Source: a bacterium
GTDB taxonomy: Archaea > Thermoplasmatota > E2 > JACPAO01 > JAHFTW01
Assembly (NCBI GenBank): GCA_040390065.1
Contig: JAZJZE010000005.1
Span: 309,170 to 373,169, forward strand
DNA: 64,000 nt
Direction: 5' to 3'
Position 1 is the stretch's first letter. Each line of letters begins with the position of its first letter. The translations under genes were made by a program, and so were the position numbers. Of the stretch, positions 61,884-64,000 are shown piece after piece. Under the pieces are notes generated by a model. It did no database searches. It was not told the origin of the DNA and saw only the letters and a list, made by a program, of their open reading frames with translations.

Positions 61884-62819
61884 ATGCGCCTGTGGCCATT
61901 GGCCTTCCTCGTCGTGCTCGCCGTCCCCGCCGCCGCGGCCCAGCCAGCCCACCCCGTCGTCGTCGAAGTCGACCTGCTGGTCATCAGCTTCGGCAACTAC
62001 GACGCAAACAAGGGCACCTACACGATGGACCTGTACCTCCACCTGTCGTACGATGCCATGCACAGCGGCGGCATCGACCCGACGCATTTCGAGTTCGTCA
62101 ATGGGCGGGCCGCCAGCAAGGAACTGCAGTCCGACGACACCAACGCCACGACCGGCATCCGCGACTTGTGGTACAGGTTGCAGGTGAACCTGTACGCCGA
62201 GCCGCACTTCGAGAACTACCCGTACGACGCCCAAATCCTCAGCCTCCAACTCGAGGACGCCGTGCACACCGACAGTGAACTCGTCTACCGCGACGCCCTG
62301 ACGGGGACGGGCATCGACCCGGACATCCACGTCGCCGGCTGGCGCATCGACAATGCAGGAGCGACGGTGGCCCCGAAAGTCTACGCGTTCGGCGAGACCT
62401 ACAGCCGCTTCGCGTACCAGGTCCAGGTCAGCCGCGAACCATTGTCGGCGACCTTGCGCGCCTTCCTGCCGCCGCTGGCGTTCATGATCGTGAGCGCCTT
62501 GTCGTTCTTCCTGCACGCCTCGAAGGTCGCCCAGCGACTGACGCTCGGCACGTCGATGCTCATCGCGGCCGTGGGTTTCCACATCAGCCAGACCGTCTCG
62601 CTGCCGACCCTCGGCCGCTTGACCCTGTTCGACCAACTCATGCTGGCAGCCTACGCCTTCCTTGCTGCCAGTCTCGCCGTGACGGCGCTCGTGGCGTACA
62701 ACGAGGATTTCCGCAAGGACGACAAGACGGCAGCCCGGTCGACGCGGATCAACGTCCGCGGCGCCGTGCTTGCCGCCGCGCTTCCCGTGTTGGTCTTCCT
62801 GGCGCTTCGGTTCCTCTAG
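61884..62819 (+). CDS. Pentameric ligand-gated ion channel (Pro-loop, GLIC/ELIC-like)
   Basis: Signal peptide, beta-rich ECD with YPYD Pro-loop, GW, pre-M1 Arg, M1 proline (FLP), M2-M3 loop LPTLGRLT, four TM helices. Confidence 0.8.
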   Translation: MRLWPLAFLVVLAVPAAAAQPAHPVVVEVDLLVISFGNYDANKGTYTMDLYLHLSYDAMHSGGIDPTHFEFVNGRAASKELQSDDTNATTGIRDLWYRLQVNLYAEPHFENYPYDAQILSLQLEDAVHTDSELVYRDALTGTGIDPDIHVAGWRIDNAGATVAPKVYAFGETYSRFAYQVQVSREPLSATLRAFLPPLAFMIVSALSFFLHASKVAQRLTLGTSMLIAAVGFHISQTVSLPTLGRLTLFDQLMLAAYAFLAASLAVTALVAYNEDFRKDDKTAARSTRINVRGAVLAAALPVLVFLALRFL

Positions 62820-64000
62820 GACGCCGCCACACCGGCTTGGTGCGGCGCCATCGTGCTTGCCAGCGCACTCGGGTGCAGGCGGAGGAACCGCCCATCGCGC
62901 ACGGTGACGACGAGGCCGCCATCGATGAGGCGCTTGACGTGATACGTCACCGTCGATGCCTGCAGGCCGCTGCGCTGCGCGACCTCCTGCGATGTCAAGC
63001 CCGGTTGTGCCGCGACGACGGCGAGGATGGAGCGTGCGCCGTCGGACTTCATGGCGGGGGCGGCCGCAATCTGCATGCGTCCCGCGCCGCGCGGGAAGTA
63101 GCAAGTGTAGCCACCCGATGGCCGCGCCACGACCAGACCGGCCTCCGTGAGCTTCGACAAGTGATGGACGAGCGTGCCGTTTGGCAATCCGCTGCGCCGG
63201 CCAAGTTCCTGGAAGTGGATGCCAGCATCGGCTTCGATGAGCGCGGCCAGCCTGGCCCTATGCGGGTTGTCGAGGAGCTCCGGGTTGCGCAGGCGCGAGA
63301 ACAGGCCGATGGATCCACCCTTCAGGATGGGCCACACCCAGTAGAGCGCGCCGACGAACAAGCCAACGAGGCTGATGCCGGCGGCCTGCGCAGGGTTCGG
63401 CAACCATCCCGGGATGGAGTTCGCGGAGCCTGATGCGGGCGGAATGCCCGAGGGCTTGGTCGCCGCTGCCCCCTGCAGGCCGTTGCGCACACTGCTGTTC
63501 TCCTGCGAGGTTTCGAGGACGGACGGTTCGCCGTTCACCATCGCCAGAGCGCTCATGCGTGTTTCGGCGTCCTCGACGATGGTGGGCGGCGTCGTGGTGG
63601 TGTCGACGCGCCGGCCGGAGGAGGTCGACTCGACCCATCCGGCGCGCGTGAAGCTCACCGCAACCGAGCACGACACGGTCCCGTTCGTGAAGCGGAACCC
63701 GCAGAGTTCGGCGTATGCCAGGTCATTCGATGGATGGGCGCCGTCCGCCGCCGTCGCGTAGTCGCGCCAGCGGTCAGCCAACGAGACCCAAGTGGGCAGC
63801 TCCTTCGGCTCCGGGGGCACGGGCCAATCGAACGACGACGAACCGAAGTCGATGTAGGAGAACACGTGTTGCGGCATCGGCGGCGGCAAGCCGGTTGCAT
63901 GCAGGATGTAGACGATGACCGAGTAGCTGTCGTGGCCGTCGCCTTCATGGAACCACCAGGCGGGGCCACGCAGATCGACGCTGAACGCCACGGTCGTGTA
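62816..64000 (-). CDS. Membrane-anchored double winged-helix regulator, 5' end outside the window
   Basis: Extracellular-like region, one TM, then two wHTH units (GIHFQELGRR...HHLSKL and PGLTSQEVAQR...YHVKRL). Confidence 0.75.
   Translation of the reverse strand, partial: YTTVAFSVDLRGPAWWFHEGDGHDSYSVIVYILHATGLPPPMPQHVFSYIDFGSSSFDWPVPPEPKELPTWVSLADRWRDYATAADGAHPSNDLAYAELCGFRFTNGTVSCSVAVSFTRAGWVESTSSGRRVDTTTTPPTIVEDAETRMSALAMVNGEPSVLETSQENSSVRNGLQGAAATKPSGIPPASGSANSIPGWLPNPAQAAGISLVGLFVGALYWVWPILKGGSIGLFSRLRNPELLDNPHRARLAALIEADAGIHFQELGRRSGLPNGTLVHHLSKLTEAGLVVARPSGGYTCYFPRGAGRMQIAAAPAMKSDGARSILAVVAAQPGLTSQEVAQRSGLQASTVTYHVKRLIDGGLVVTVRDGRFLRLHPSALASTMAPHQAGVAAS

Overview
GC-rich, gene-dense window that reads as archaeal, most plausibly a Thermoplasmatota-type lineage. 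The taxonomy is inferred from ribosomal protein S17e, RFC large subunit with a PIP box, archaeal RibB/RibL, an HTH_10 regulator, PGF-CTERM-like tails and TATA-like boxes about 25-30 nt before start codons. Most genes are housekeeping or metabolic: riboflavin, TCA, a bacterial-type sufBCDSUT operon, BioD, acyl-CoA metabolism and surface proteins. The standout is a 3047-aa type I PKS/FAS-like megasynthase (36795..45938) with the order KS-AT-KS-ACP-ACP-ACP-KR-DH-PPTase. Both KS domains keep a Cys-His-His triad. All three ACPs carry Thr (GIDT) where the phosphopantetheine Ser (GIDS) should be. The gene sits with a HEPN-like ORF inside an acyl-CoA carboxylase gene set (carboxyltransferase upstream; biotin carboxylase and BCCP downstream), followed by a membrane serine hydrolase. 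Secondary signals are an isobutyryl-CoA-mutase-type B12 mutase, two tandem paralogous microproteins missed by the ORF track, a hairpin insert flanked by 31-bp direct repeats at the crcB/rfcL junction, an inverted-repeat element after gltA, and a pentameric ligand-gated ion channel. No rRNA, tRNA, CRISPR array or transposase was recognised. All calls come from reading motifs by eye; no searches were run, and many start codons were re-chosen from the ORF track.
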